DNA of 64,000 nt from Woeseiaceae bacterium (GTDB lineage: Bacteria > Pseudomonadota > Gammaproteobacteria > Steroidobacterales > Woeseiaceae). Below the pieces are notes generated by a model. The model saw only the letters and a program-made list of their open reading frames with translations, was not told the DNA's origin and did no database searches. The stretch covers positions 10,731-74,730 of the forward strand of contig JASJBG010000005.1 of NCBI GenBank assembly GCA_030066625.1, written 5' to 3'. Positions 37,692-46,865 of this stretch are shown here, in pieces (position 1 is the stretch's first letter; each line of letters begins with the position of its first letter). The translations under genes were made by a program, and so were the position numbers.

Positions 37692-38735
37692 TTACTCCGG
37701 GTCGCCGCAAACGGCGACCTCAAAGCAGATCTCGTCGCCGTTCAGCGGGATCTTCCCGGTCTTGTCGAGAATCCCGGACAAGAGCAGGTTGGCGATGTCG
37801 ACGCCGTCATCGTCCACGGTCACCAGCGTTACGTGGTCCATCGAGCGGCCGCGTTCGGGGATCTGCGATCCGCCCGTCGTAGCGAGGCGGATATAGTCCC
37901 GGCCATTTCGCTGCTGGTAGCCGTAGGCGTGCACGTGCCCGTGGAACACCGTGTACGGGCGGTCGGCCAGCGCCGCCTCGATTCTCGCGAACTGCTCCTC
38001 GCCTTCGCGTTCCCAGGCGGGCTTGTGCATCAGCAGGAAAGTCCAGCGAACGTCGTCTTCGGCTTCGAGGACCCGGAGGAAGTGATCGGCCTGCTCCGCG
38101 GTAATGTTTCCGTAGGAGCGCTCCGGCAGGTTTGCGTACTCCGTTTCCTCGAAGGCATCCCAGCCTTCTGTCTCGGCGACCTCGATTGCTTCGTTGCGAA
38201 CCTTCTGCATATACGCGATGCGCTCGGCCGTGTTGTCCTCGGTATCGAGGACCAGGAACAGTACGTCCTTGTAGATGAACTGGTAGTAGGTTCTTCCGTG
38301 CCGCTCCCGCCAGACATCGCGCAGCATCTCCCCGGTAAGGTCGTGGTTGCCACCCATGTAGAAGATCGGCGCACGCGCAGCCATTGCGCGATCGTCGAAG
38401 GTGTCCCACTCGGCGTGCAGGCCTTCTTCTGTCTCCGAGTCGCCCTCGATCAGGTCGCCGACGTTGACAATCAGTTCTGGCCGCAGCAGGTTCAGCTGGG
38501 CCATGGCGACGTCGAACACGCGGTCACGTTCGCCGCCGGTGAGGTCAGAGAACACGGCGAACGTGAACTTGTCATCATCCGCGTCGAAGTCGTCGTGGTT
38601 CCACGGGGTTGCAGCGTCGGTCACATTGCTGACGAAAATCCCGCGCGGGATATCGGCCGGGTCGGCGCAGCCGGCCTGGCCAAGCGCCAGGCCGACAATC
38701 GCAGCGACGGAAAGTGTGCTCGCGAGTCTGTTCAT
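37692..38735 (-). CDS. Calcineurin-like metallophosphoesterase lipoprotein
   Basis: Lipobox GQAGC. Motif order FAVFSDLTGG, VGDLIEGD, GGNHD, LLMHKP, GHVHAY. Confidence 0.8.
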   Translation of the reverse strand: MNRLASTLSVAAIVGLALGQAGCADPADIPRGIFVSNVTDAATPWNHDDFDADDDKFTFAVFSDLTGGERDRVFDVAMAQLNLLRPELIVNVGDLIEGDSETEEGLHAEWDTFDDRAMAARAPIFYMGGNHDLTGEMLRDVWRERHGRTYYQFIYKDVLFLVLDTEDNTAERIAYMQKVRNEAIEVAETEGWDAFEETEYANLPERSYGNITAEQADHFLRVLEAEDDVRWTFLLMHKPAWEREGEEQFARIEAALADRPYTVFHGHVHAYGYQQRNGRDYIRLATTGGSQIPERGRSMDHVTLVTVDDDGVDIANLLLSGILDKTGKIPLNGDEICFEVAVCGDPE

Positions 38736-38745
38736 GGCGAACAGA

Positions 38746-40071
38746 TTACCGGTTATCTACCTCTACGACACCGTTGACCATGACCATATCGATATTGTTC
38801 TCGTAGTCCGCAAGAACCTCGGTACTCTCCAGCGGGTTGCCATCAACGAGAATCACGTCCGCGTAGCTGCCCTCGACCAGAGTGCCCAGCTGGGCTTCCT
38901 TGTATGGATTCTTGGGGCCGGTCTGCATCAGGTACTTGCCGGCCGTCGACGTCGATGCGCGCAGGGCTTCGACCGGGGTGAACCAGCGCTCGAGCTGGGT
39001 GATGTTCAGCGTGGCATTCGGCACCGCGTCATAGGTGAACATGTCGCTGCCCGCAAACATCTCGACGCCATGTTCCTTCGCCCAGGCAAACATCTGGTCG
39101 GCACCTTTGTTCACCATGAGGCCCTTGGCGACCTGCTCCGGACCGAAGCCCGGGATGCCGGCCGGGTCCTGGAAGGCGGTGTAGCTCATGTAAGCCTGCG
39201 CCGAAAGGACGATGTCTTCACGCACCATCCGACGCATCGTCTTCTCGTCCATCAGGAAGCCGTGCTCGATGCAAGTCACGCCCTGGTCGAGCGCCATGTT
39301 GATGTGCGCGGTGTGGTAAACGTGAATGCAGACGTAGGAGTCGAACTGTTCGGCAACCTCTACAGCAGCGCGAAGCTCGGCCGGGCTGATCGTAATCGAC
39401 TCGAGCGGGTCGAATGCGGAAGCAACGCCGCCGCCGACCATGACCTTCAGGAAGGTCGCGCCGTCACGGAAGTTCTGCCGTGCCGCCGCGCGAACCTCGT
39501 CCGGGCTGTTGACGACCCAGCTGTTGCGCGCGCGCGTGTGGTTCGAGACGTCGCCTAGATTGTCGGTTTGCGGACCCCAGTCCGTGTGTGCGCCGGTCGT
39601 GCCGATGCAGCCGCCGCTGGAGTACAGGCGCGGACCGCTGAGGATACCTGCAGAAATCGCCTTGGCGAGGTTCGCCGGGCCGCACATGTCGCGCAGCGTG
39701 GTGAAGCCCATCTTCAGGTACTGAGAGAAGGTCTGGTGAGCCAGCGCGCCCGACGTTGCAGCTACCCACTCGGTCTCGTGCGCCGGGATGCCCTGCGGGA
39801 ACATCACGTGCGTGTGCATATCGATCAGCCCCGGCATCAGCGTCCGCCCGTTGCCCTCGATCACGGTCGCGTTGCCCGCGACGATCGAGTCCGAGATTTG
39901 CGTGACCTTGTTGCCCTCGACGAGCACGTTCATGCTGGGCTGCAGCGCATCCGCGGTACCGTCCCAGACGGCGACGTCGGTAAACAGGTAGCGACTCTCT
40001 TCCTGCGCCAATGCCGGCAGTGTGACGGTAAGGGCCGCGAGTACGACGCCCAGTTTCATAACGCTCTTCAT
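38746..40071 (-). CDS. Secreted amidohydrolase family protein (COG1228-type)
   Basis: Start at MKSVMKLGVVLAALTVTLPALAQ (40071). PGLIDMHTHV, CIHVYH, EHG, GSD and C-terminal GSYADVILVDGNPL. The track ORF N-extension was rejected. Confidence 0.85.
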   Translation of the reverse strand: MKSVMKLGVVLAALTVTLPALAQEESRYLFTDVAVWDGTADALQPSMNVLVEGNKVTQISDSIVAGNATVIEGNGRTLMPGLIDMHTHVMFPQGIPAHETEWVAATSGALAHQTFSQYLKMGFTTLRDMCGPANLAKAISAGILSGPRLYSSGGCIGTTGAHTDWGPQTDNLGDVSNHTRARNSWVVNSPDEVRAAARQNFRDGATFLKVMVGGGVASAFDPLESITISPAELRAAVEVAEQFDSYVCIHVYHTAHINMALDQGVTCIEHGFLMDEKTMRRMVREDIVLSAQAYMSYTAFQDPAGIPGFGPEQVAKGLMVNKGADQMFAWAKEHGVEMFAGSDMFTYDAVPNATLNITQLERWFTPVEALRASTSTAGKYLMQTGPKNPYKEAQLGTLVEGSYADVILVDGNPLESTEVLADYENNIDMVMVNGVVEVDNR

Positions 40072-40073
40072 GT

Positions 40074-41078
40074 CTAGTCTCCTTGCATGGGCGATCGGTG
40101 CGAACGCCGATAGTTCTGTGGTGATTGTCCGGTCCAGTTCTTGAAAGCGCGTGAGAACACCGTCGGATCGGTAAATCCAACGCTTTGTGCAATTTCGGCG
40201 ACTCGTCGATCCGACTCGCTCAGGGCACGGCCTGCCTTCCGTGCACGCAGCCGAGCGATTTCTTTCGACAGGGTCGTCCCCTCGTCGCGCAGTTCGCGCG
40301 ACAGGCGCCTGCGGTTGAAGCCGCATATCCTGGCGGCCTTGTCGACGGTCAGGTCGGTCTCGTGCAGGTGCGGCTTCAGCGCCGAGCGCACGGAATCGAT
40401 CAGCGAGACGGGAATGTGGCCCTGCTCCGTCTTGCTGGCAGTATGGAAATGAGACTTCTCGAAGGCCTCGAATAGCCATCGCGACGGGAAGGTGATTCGG
40501 ACACCGTAAACGTCGCCTGCGGCAATCCTGTAGGGCTCGGATGTCGGCGGAATGCAGGCGGGGTCCGCAACCGTGAACATGACGTCGCTCGCGTCCCAGT
40601 GCTCGCGCGCGGCGTGCATGAGCAGGCGTAACATGAATCCCATGTAGAAAGCGTCGTTCTGCCCGGGAGTCAGCGGCGGCTTTTTGATCCGCTCGAGACC
40701 GAAGGTGGTTCGCCTGCCGTCCGTGTTGACGTAGAACTTCGTCGCCGTCGAGTGCTCTGCTGCCTGCATCGCGAACAGTGTCAGCAACTCGCCAACCGTG
40801 TTTGCCTTCTCCGCGGCAACCGAGATCGGGTCCCAGCCCTGCAGGTCGAGCATGCTGCCTATGCTGAAGCCGAGGTAGCGGTCGTTCGCGATCTCCGCGG
40901 AACGTTCGATGAGCTCATAGATAGCGCCCGGAGCAACGAACAGCTCGTGGGATGCCGGGATCTGTGGCGGCAGCCCGAATTCGTGCAGCAGCGCGGCCGC
41001 GCCCAGGCCGCGCCGCTCGAGCTCGGCGAGGAACGGGTTGACGGCACTCAGGCGGATGAGTGGCAGGTTGGTTGTCAT
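40074..41078 (-). CDS. AraC family transcriptional regulator (AraC-binding-like N-domain plus HTH_18)
   Basis: C-terminal ...VAEIAQSVGFTDPTVFSRAFKNWTGQSPQNYRR. Stop is 2 nt before the amidohydrolase start. Confidence 0.9.
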   Translation of the reverse strand: MTTNLPLIRLSAVNPFLAELERRGLGAAALLHEFGLPPQIPASHELFVAPGAIYELIERSAEIANDRYLGFSIGSMLDLQGWDPISVAAEKANTVGELLTLFAMQAAEHSTATKFYVNTDGRRTTFGLERIKKPPLTPGQNDAFYMGFMLRLLMHAAREHWDASDVMFTVADPACIPPTSEPYRIAAGDVYGVRITFPSRWLFEAFEKSHFHTASKTEQGHIPVSLIDSVRSALKPHLHETDLTVDKAARICGFNRRRLSRELRDEGTTLSKEIARLRARKAGRALSESDRRVAEIAQSVGFTDPTVFSRAFKNWTGQSPQNYRRSHRSPMQGD

Positions 41079-41183
41079 TCTCTTGTTTCCCGTGCCGCAG
41101 ACAGGCTGGGGTTCCGAAAAGTAGCAATGCCCGGCGGGCAGCAGTTGATGTTATTGACCTGTTTAGAGGGATTCTAAGACAAA

Positions 41184-41256
41184 ATTGCCAACTCTGCGCG
41201 CGCGGCGCATGTCTGCGTGGCAATCTTTGCCGCATTGGAGTGCCATGCGCCGCGCA
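41184..41256 (+). promoter_or_regulatory. Interleaved inverted repeats in the AraC / porin divergent region
   Basis: GCGCGGCGCATG (41200-41211) pairs perfectly with CATGCGCCGCGC (41244-41255). ATTGCCA (41184-41190) pairs with TGGCAAT (41217-41223). The two stems interleave and are mutually exclusive. They lie 50 nt upstream of the porin ATG. Confidence 0.4.
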
Positions 41257-41306
41257 CTCGGGCAATAATCCGCCCCTACGTCCCTTACCCAGCCCATAGA
41301 GCCATC

Positions 41307-42503
41307 ATGATGAGAACAACGTGGTATCTCGTTTCGTTGCTGTTCGCCGCCTCCGCGGCGTCTGCGCAGCAGCCCGAAGGGCCGCGCTTCGGCGGTCCGA
41401 ACGCCGTCGAAAACCAGGTCGCCGGTGACTTCGGCGACGACTGGGACCAGTGGAAGCAGGGTCTGAAAGACGACTACGGGCTGGTTCTCAACGTCGATTA
41501 CACGGCCGTGTTACTGACAGCGAACGAGACCTTCGACGACGACACCGGCGCCGGCGGCATTGCGCGATTGTTCGGTACGTTCGATCTCTTCAACGTCGAG
41601 CACGGCACGCTGGTCTGGAAGTTCGAGCATCGGCATGCGTTCGGCAACACGTCGCCGTTCGACTTTTCGCTCGGCCAGATTGGCTACGTTGGCCTGCAGG
41701 AGCCGCCGTTCAACGATACGGATTTCCGCACGCAGAACTTCTACTGGCGGCAGCGCCTGAACGGTGGCCGCTCGGTGCTGATCGCCGGCGTGCTCGACGT
41801 CACTGACTACCTGGATGCCTATGCGCTCGCGAGCCCGTGGCTGCACTTCATGAACTTCGCGTTCTCGACCGGCAGCGCGACGATCGGCCTGCCCAACGAT
41901 GCCGCTTTCGGCGTGGCTTACGGCACGATGCTGACCGACAACATCTACCTGATCGCGGGCATCACAGACTCCAACGGCGATCCGTCGCGGCCCTTCGACG
42001 GCATAGGAAACTTCTTCAGCGACAACGAGTACTTCAAGAGCGTCGAGATCGGCTACACGAGCTCGGCCGAGCGTATCATCCTCGACAACTATCACCTGAC
42101 GGTCTGGCACAAGGATCGGCAGGACGAGCTCAACGTGCCCGAGGGCTGGGGCATCAACTTCTCCGCGTCGAAGTTCATCAACGACAAGTACATGCCCTTC
42201 GTGCGCGGCGGGCTGACTGATGATGCCGGTTCATTACTCGAGAGCTCACTGAGCGCCGGTGTTGGCTACCGGACCCTGGCTTTCGACGGCCTGCTCGGTG
42301 CCGGCGTGAATTGGGGAACACCCAACGAGGATACCTTCGGCCCCGATCTCGACGACCAGTTCGCGCTCGAGGTCTTCTACCGGGCGGCGGCCGGGAAGCA
42401 CCTGGCATTGACCGCCGACATTCAGTACATCAACAATCCCGCGCTGAACCCGAACGAAAGCAACATCTGGATGCTCAACGTTCGCGCTCGCGCTACTTTC
42501 TGA
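41307..42503 (+). CDS. OprB-family carbohydrate-selective porin, paralog 1
   Basis: Signal peptide MMRTTWYLVSLLFAASAASAQ. C-terminal ...LTADIQYINNPALNPNESNIWMLNVRARATF. Confidence 0.8.
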   Translation: MMRTTWYLVSLLFAASAASAQQPEGPRFGGPNAVENQVAGDFGDDWDQWKQGLKDDYGLVLNVDYTAVLLTANETFDDDTGAGGIARLFGTFDLFNVEHGTLVWKFEHRHAFGNTSPFDFSLGQIGYVGLQEPPFNDTDFRTQNFYWRQRLNGGRSVLIAGVLDVTDYLDAYALASPWLHFMNFAFSTGSATIGLPNDAAFGVAYGTMLTDNIYLIAGITDSNGDPSRPFDGIGNFFSDNEYFKSVEIGYTSSAERIILDNYHLTVWHKDRQDELNVPEGWGINFSASKFINDKYMPFVRGGLTDDAGSLLESSLSAGVGYRTLAFDGLLGAGVNWGTPNEDTFGPDLDDQFALEVFYRAAAGKHLALTADIQYINNPALNPNESNIWMLNVRARATF

Positions 42504-42522
42504 CGTCAAGGACAGGACCAAC

Positions 42523-43785
42523 ATGAAGCTGAGACTCCTACCCTTCGCAATTCTTCTGTGCTCATTCCAGTTCGCCATGGCGCAGGAGGCACCGGCTACC
42601 CGCTCCGGATTCACGGACGAGATGGCCCTGGGCGGCCCGGAAAGCGTCAGCAGCCAGCTAAAGCGTGGCGACGAACTGCGGGACTCGCTCTACGAGTGGC
42701 CACTCTTCGACGGCTACTTCGACTGGAAGCGCCAGGTCAACGAGGACTACGGCGTGTCCTTCGGCCTCTACTATTACTTCCTGTTCCAGCAGGCGAGCGA
42801 CAGCCTGCCGGGCCAGGACGACAACGCGTTCGGCAACATATTTCGCTTCCTCGGCAACTGGACGGTGTGGAAGAACGACAACGGCAACCTCGGCCGTATC
42901 GACTGGCGCTTCGAGAGCCGCTCGAACATGTTCGATTTCCAGGCACCGGGATCACTGGGCGGGGCCACCGGCGTCGCCGCACTGGCGCCCGGGTTTGCCT
43001 ACTCGGAGAGCTTCGATATCGATCTCGCGGTGATCAACTGGACCCAGGGCTTCGCGAACGGCCGCGCTGGCTACGCCGCAGGCCGACTCGCCTTCGATGC
43101 CTACCTCGACGCGTTTCCGTTCCAGACCTTCTCGAGAGGTTTCCTCAATCGCTCGTTCATCCTGAATCCGACCCTGCCTACCACCGGCATCGGTGCACTG
43201 GGTGCCGTCGTTAAAGGCATGGTGACCGACAACTTCTGGCTTGGTGCGCAGATCTACGATGCGAACGCGGCCAGTGGCGAGTTCGACTTCGATACGTTCC
43301 AGGAAGGTGAGTTCCTGAAAGCCGTCGAAGTGGGCTGGACGCCGTCGTTTGCGCAGCGCAAGACCAACCTGGTCCAGTTCACCTACTGGGATAAGGACGA
43401 ACGCACGGATGCGGGTGTCACCGACGGCAGCGGCTGGGCGGTCAGTGCCGCCTGGAAGCTCGACGATACCTACTTCCCGTTCGTACGCTTCGGCGATTCC
43501 GACGGCGGTGGCGGTGTCGCGGCCGAGCAGTCGTTCAGCGCCGGCGTCGAGATCTCGCGGCCGAAAGGCGAAGCGTGGACGATCGGTGCGGGCTGGGCGA
43601 AGCCGTCGGAGGAGACCTTCGGCCCGGGGCTCGATGACGAGACCGTTCTCGAGACCTCCTACAAGTTCCAGGTGACCAAGGAGCTGTCACTGCTGGCGGA
43701 CGGCCAGATCATCTTCAACCCGGCCAACAACCCCGGCGAGAGCTCCATATGGCTTGTAGGTGTCAGGGCGATCTTCACGCTGTAG
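42523..43785 (+). CDS. OprB-family carbohydrate-selective porin, paralog 2
   Basis: Signal peptide. Same C-terminal block ...LLADGQIIFNPANNPGESSIWLVGVRAIFTL and the shared TFGPxLDD motif with paralog 1. Confidence 0.8.
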   Translation: MKLRLLPFAILLCSFQFAMAQEAPATRSGFTDEMALGGPESVSSQLKRGDELRDSLYEWPLFDGYFDWKRQVNEDYGVSFGLYYYFLFQQASDSLPGQDDNAFGNIFRFLGNWTVWKNDNGNLGRIDWRFESRSNMFDFQAPGSLGGATGVAALAPGFAYSESFDIDLAVINWTQGFANGRAGYAAGRLAFDAYLDAFPFQTFSRGFLNRSFILNPTLPTTGIGALGAVVKGMVTDNFWLGAQIYDANAASGEFDFDTFQEGEFLKAVEVGWTPSFAQRKTNLVQFTYWDKDERTDAGVTDGSGWAVSAAWKLDDTYFPFVRFGDSDGGGGVAAEQSFSAGVEISRPKGEAWTIGAGWAKPSEETFGPGLDDETVLETSYKFQVTKELSLLADGQIIFNPANNPGESSIWLVGVRAIFTL

Positions 43786-43848
43786 TGCTCATACCCTGAT
43801 CGCGAGGTAGACTGTCGGCCCTCTCACGGGCCTGTTCAGGAGAACAGC

Positions 43849-45510
43849 ATGTCGACCTTCGCCAGGATTGTGTTCCTTCTTACTGCGTTGCAGCTCGCGG
43901 CATGCGGTAACGGCAGCGCACAGGAACCCTTTGACGTCGTCATCCTTAATGGCCGCGTCATGGACGTCGAGACGAACTTCGACGAGGTCCGAAATGTCGG
44001 CATCCGGGACGGAATCATCGTCACCATCTCCGAGGACTCGATCGCCGGTAACGAGACAATCGACGCCGCGGGTCACGTCGTAACCGCAGGCTTTATCGAC
44101 ACGCACCATCACGGCGCCGGCAGCCGCTGGGGTGTGAAAGCGAGCCTCCGTGACGGTGTGACGACGCCGATGGATGTCGAGCTTGGAACGATCAACGTTG
44201 CGGGCTGGTATGCGGAACGCGATGGCAACTGGCCCGCCAACTACGGCGCGGCCGCGTCGCACGAGTTCCATCGAATGAAAGTGCTCGACGGTATGGCACT
44301 GGACGGGCCCGCCGACGGCACGCAGTTTGCGGCGCTGCGCAACGCGTCTTATGACGAAAACGGCGTAGCCGACTGGGCCGTCACGCGAGCGACCCTCGAC
44401 CAGCTCAACGAGATGCTGGTCAATATCGACGAGGACCTGCGTGCCGGCGCGATCGGCATCGCGTCGACCACGGGTTACATGGCCAACGGGGTCACGACTC
44501 TCGAACTCTTCAACGTGCAGAAAGTCGCCGCGAACTACGATCGCCTGTACGCGTCCCACGTTCGCCTGCTCGGCAACTCCAACCCGCCGACCGAGGCGAC
44601 ACTCGGCGCGTTCGAACAGATCGCGAACGGCGTAGCGCTCAACCAGCCGCTGATCCTGTCGCACAACAACAATTTCGGCTGGTGGGAGGTCGAAGAGCAC
44701 CTGCAACTCCTGCGCGACCAGGGCTACAACGTCTGGTCCGAGTACTACCCGTATGCTTGCGGCTCCTCGACGATCGGTTCGGAGTTCATCAAGCCGGAGA
44801 ACATCGGCCAGCTCGGCATCGACTACACCAACCTGATCGACCCGACGACTGGCGAGAACATGAATCGCGAGATCTACGATCGCATCGTCGCCGAGGACCC
44901 CGCGTTCATCATGATCCTCTGCCTGCCGCAGCGCGAGGCGTGGCTGCCGATGTGGCTGGAGGTGCCGCACATGACCGTGGCCGGCGACCAGATGCCGCCG
45001 GTCGACGCCGAGGGCAACCCGCTCGATTGGGACGATCCCTACGAAGCCTACAACGGCCACCCGCGGACAGTCGGAACGCATGCGAAAACGCTCAGGCTGG
45101 CTCGCGAGCACGGCGTACCGCTGATGCAGGTGCTGGCGCAGAACAACTACTGGGCCGCGAAACACCTGGGCGATGCCGGCATCGAAGCAATGAAGGTTCG
45201 AGGTCGCATGCAGGAAGGCATGGTCGCCGACATCACGGTCTTCGATCCGGAAACGGTGACCGACAACGGCCAGTACAAAGTCGGCGAGAACGGTAACCCG
45301 TCGACCGGTATTCCATATGTTCTCGTCAACGGTACCGTTATGGTCCGCGATTCGAAGGTCGTCGACGGCGTCTTCCCGGGACGGCCGATTCGCTTCGAGC
45401 CTGAGGCAGAAGGCCGCTTCGAGCCGCTGGAACGCGAGGCCTACCTCGATAACCTGCTGGCGCCTGACCTGCACATTGACGAGGGCCTCGGCTCAATCGA
45501 ATCGCATTGA
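43849..45510 (+). CDS. Secreted amidohydrolase, N-acyl-D-amino-acid deacylase (D-aminoacylase)-like
   Basis: Lipobox LAACG. VVILNGRVMD...GFIDTHHHG N-terminal metal motif. C-terminal GMVADITVFDPETV sandwich strand. Confidence 0.8.
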   Translation: MSTFARIVFLLTALQLAACGNGSAQEPFDVVILNGRVMDVETNFDEVRNVGIRDGIIVTISEDSIAGNETIDAAGHVVTAGFIDTHHHGAGSRWGVKASLRDGVTTPMDVELGTINVAGWYAERDGNWPANYGAAASHEFHRMKVLDGMALDGPADGTQFAALRNASYDENGVADWAVTRATLDQLNEMLVNIDEDLRAGAIGIASTTGYMANGVTTLELFNVQKVAANYDRLYASHVRLLGNSNPPTEATLGAFEQIANGVALNQPLILSHNNNFGWWEVEEHLQLLRDQGYNVWSEYYPYACGSSTIGSEFIKPENIGQLGIDYTNLIDPTTGENMNREIYDRIVAEDPAFIMILCLPQREAWLPMWLEVPHMTVAGDQMPPVDAEGNPLDWDDPYEAYNGHPRTVGTHAKTLRLAREHGVPLMQVLAQNNYWAAKHLGDAGIEAMKVRGRMQEGMVADITVFDPETVTDNGQYKVGENGNPSTGIPYVLVNGTVMVRDSKVVDGVFPGRPIRFEPEAEGRFEPLEREAYLDNLLAPDLHIDEGLGSIESH

Positions 45511-45833
45511 CTCGACTTGCCACCACGCTCCTCTTTGCGGCTGCGTTAAACGCCTGCACGGGGGCCGATAGCGAAGCCCTGCGTGGCGAACTGACCTGGG
45601 GCCACGAAGTGCGCAGCTTCTGTCCGGCCGGCAGCGACGATTGCTACTGGATCGTGCCGGCTACCGATGATCTTCGAGAACGCTTTCGAGAGCTCGGTTC
45701 TGCCGACGAGCCGTACACGCCGGTCTGCGTCGTGCTCTCGGGGACGCTTGATGCGGAGTCTCCGCGTGACGGCTTCGCCGCCGACTACGAAGGTTTGTTT
45801 AAGGCGACGGCGGTTTCCACCTGCGAGGACTAG
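45507..45833 (+). CDS. Small lipoprotein, unknown function
   Basis: TTG start overlapping the upstream stop. Lipobox LNAC. Four further Cys. GC-rich wobble positions. Confidence 0.55.
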   Translation: MTRLATTLLFAAALNACTGADSEALRGELTWGHEVRSFCPAGSDDCYWIVPATDDLRERFRELGSADEPYTPVCVVLSGTLDAESPRDGFAADYEGLFKATAVSTCED

Positions 45834-46787
45834 TCAGACCACGCGGTTGCGCTGCTCGCCGGCGATGAACGCGCGGACATTCGCCGCGAGCTCGTCGATG
45901 GCGTTCTGGCGTGCTTCGTTGGTCGCCCAGGCGATGTGCGGCGTGACGATCAGGTTATCCCCCTCGTAGTCGAGCAGCGGGTCGCCATCGACTGGCGGTT
46001 CCTTCGGCAGCACATCGACGGCAGCCGCCGCAATGTCGCCATTCTCGAGCGCCGCCGCCAGCGCTGCCGAATCCACGAGCCCGCCGCGGGCCGTATTGAT
46101 CAGTATGGCCGACGGTTTCATCGCTCGAAATTGCTCAGCGCCGAACAGGTTGCGGGTCTGCTCGTTGAGCGGGCAGTGCAGCGAGACGACGTCGGACTGC
46201 TCCAGGACGGTGGCGAACGGGAAGCGGTCCTTGGGGACCTGCTCCGCCCATGGCCGCGCCGAGACGAGCACGTTCATGCCGAGCGCGGTGCCCGCGCGGG
46301 CGACACCCTGGCCGAGTTCGCCGAAGCCCACGATGCCGAGCGTCATCGCCGACAGCTCGCGCACCGGGTGAGTCAGCAGGAACGGGTCAACGGCCTTCTG
46401 CCATTCGCCCGCGCGAACCGACGCGCGATAGGCCGGCAGGCTGTGCGTCAGCATGAGCAACACGCCGAAGACATGTTCGACGACAGACTGGGTGCAGTAG
46501 CCGCGGATATTCGCGACGCCAATGCCGTGTTCCTCGGCGGCGGCGAGGTCGATGTTGTCGGTACCGGTAGCTGTCAGGCCGATGAACCTGAGTTTCGGCG
46601 CCTGCTGGAGCAGTTCCGGCGTGAACCGAAACTTGTTCGTAAAGACTATGTCGACGTCGCGGATGCGTTCGGCAATTTCGTCATCGCTGGTTACGTCGAA
46701 GACGTCGAGGGAGTCGACGCTTTCATGCAGAACGGTCAGGTCGAGGCCGGGACCCATGGTCCCGTAGTCCAGGAATACGGCTTTCAT
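45834..46787 (-). CDS. D-isomer-specific 2-hydroxyacid dehydrogenase (glycerate/hydroxypyruvate reductase-like)
   Basis: Start MKAVFLDYG (46787). NAD fold GIVGFGELGQGVA. LINTARGGLVD and VTPHIAWAT catalytic blocks. Confidence 0.9.
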   Translation of the reverse strand: MKAVFLDYGTMGPGLDLTVLHESVDSLDVFDVTSDDEIAERIRDVDIVFTNKFRFTPELLQQAPKLRFIGLTATGTDNIDLAAAEEHGIGVANIRGYCTQSVVEHVFGVLLMLTHSLPAYRASVRAGEWQKAVDPFLLTHPVRELSAMTLGIVGFGELGQGVARAGTALGMNVLVSARPWAEQVPKDRFPFATVLEQSDVVSLHCPLNEQTRNLFGAEQFRAMKPSAILINTARGGLVDSAALAAALENGDIAAAAVDVLPKEPPVDGDPLLDYEGDNLIVTPHIAWATNEARQNAIDELAANVRAFIAGEQRNRVV

Positions 46788-46825
46788 AGATTGACCATGA
46801 CCGAATGGTCGTGAACACGCAAGAA

Positions 46826-46851
46826 GGCCGGGCCGCCTGTGCAGCCCGGCC
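46826..46851 (-). terminator. Hairpin GGCCGGGC-N10-GCCCGGCC downstream of the repeat lipoprotein gene
   Basis: Perfect 8-bp GC stem 15 nt after the stop at 46866, followed on the minus strand by TTCTTGCG. Confidence 0.45.
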
Positions 46852-46865
46852 ATCGCGTCGCATGA

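Noticed and set aside
43816-43831. GGCCC-TCTCAC-GGGCC hairpin after the second OprB porin, considered as a terminator.
   Set aside because: It has only a 5-bp stem and no T tract, and the next gene follows 18 nt later on the same strand. Too weak to call.
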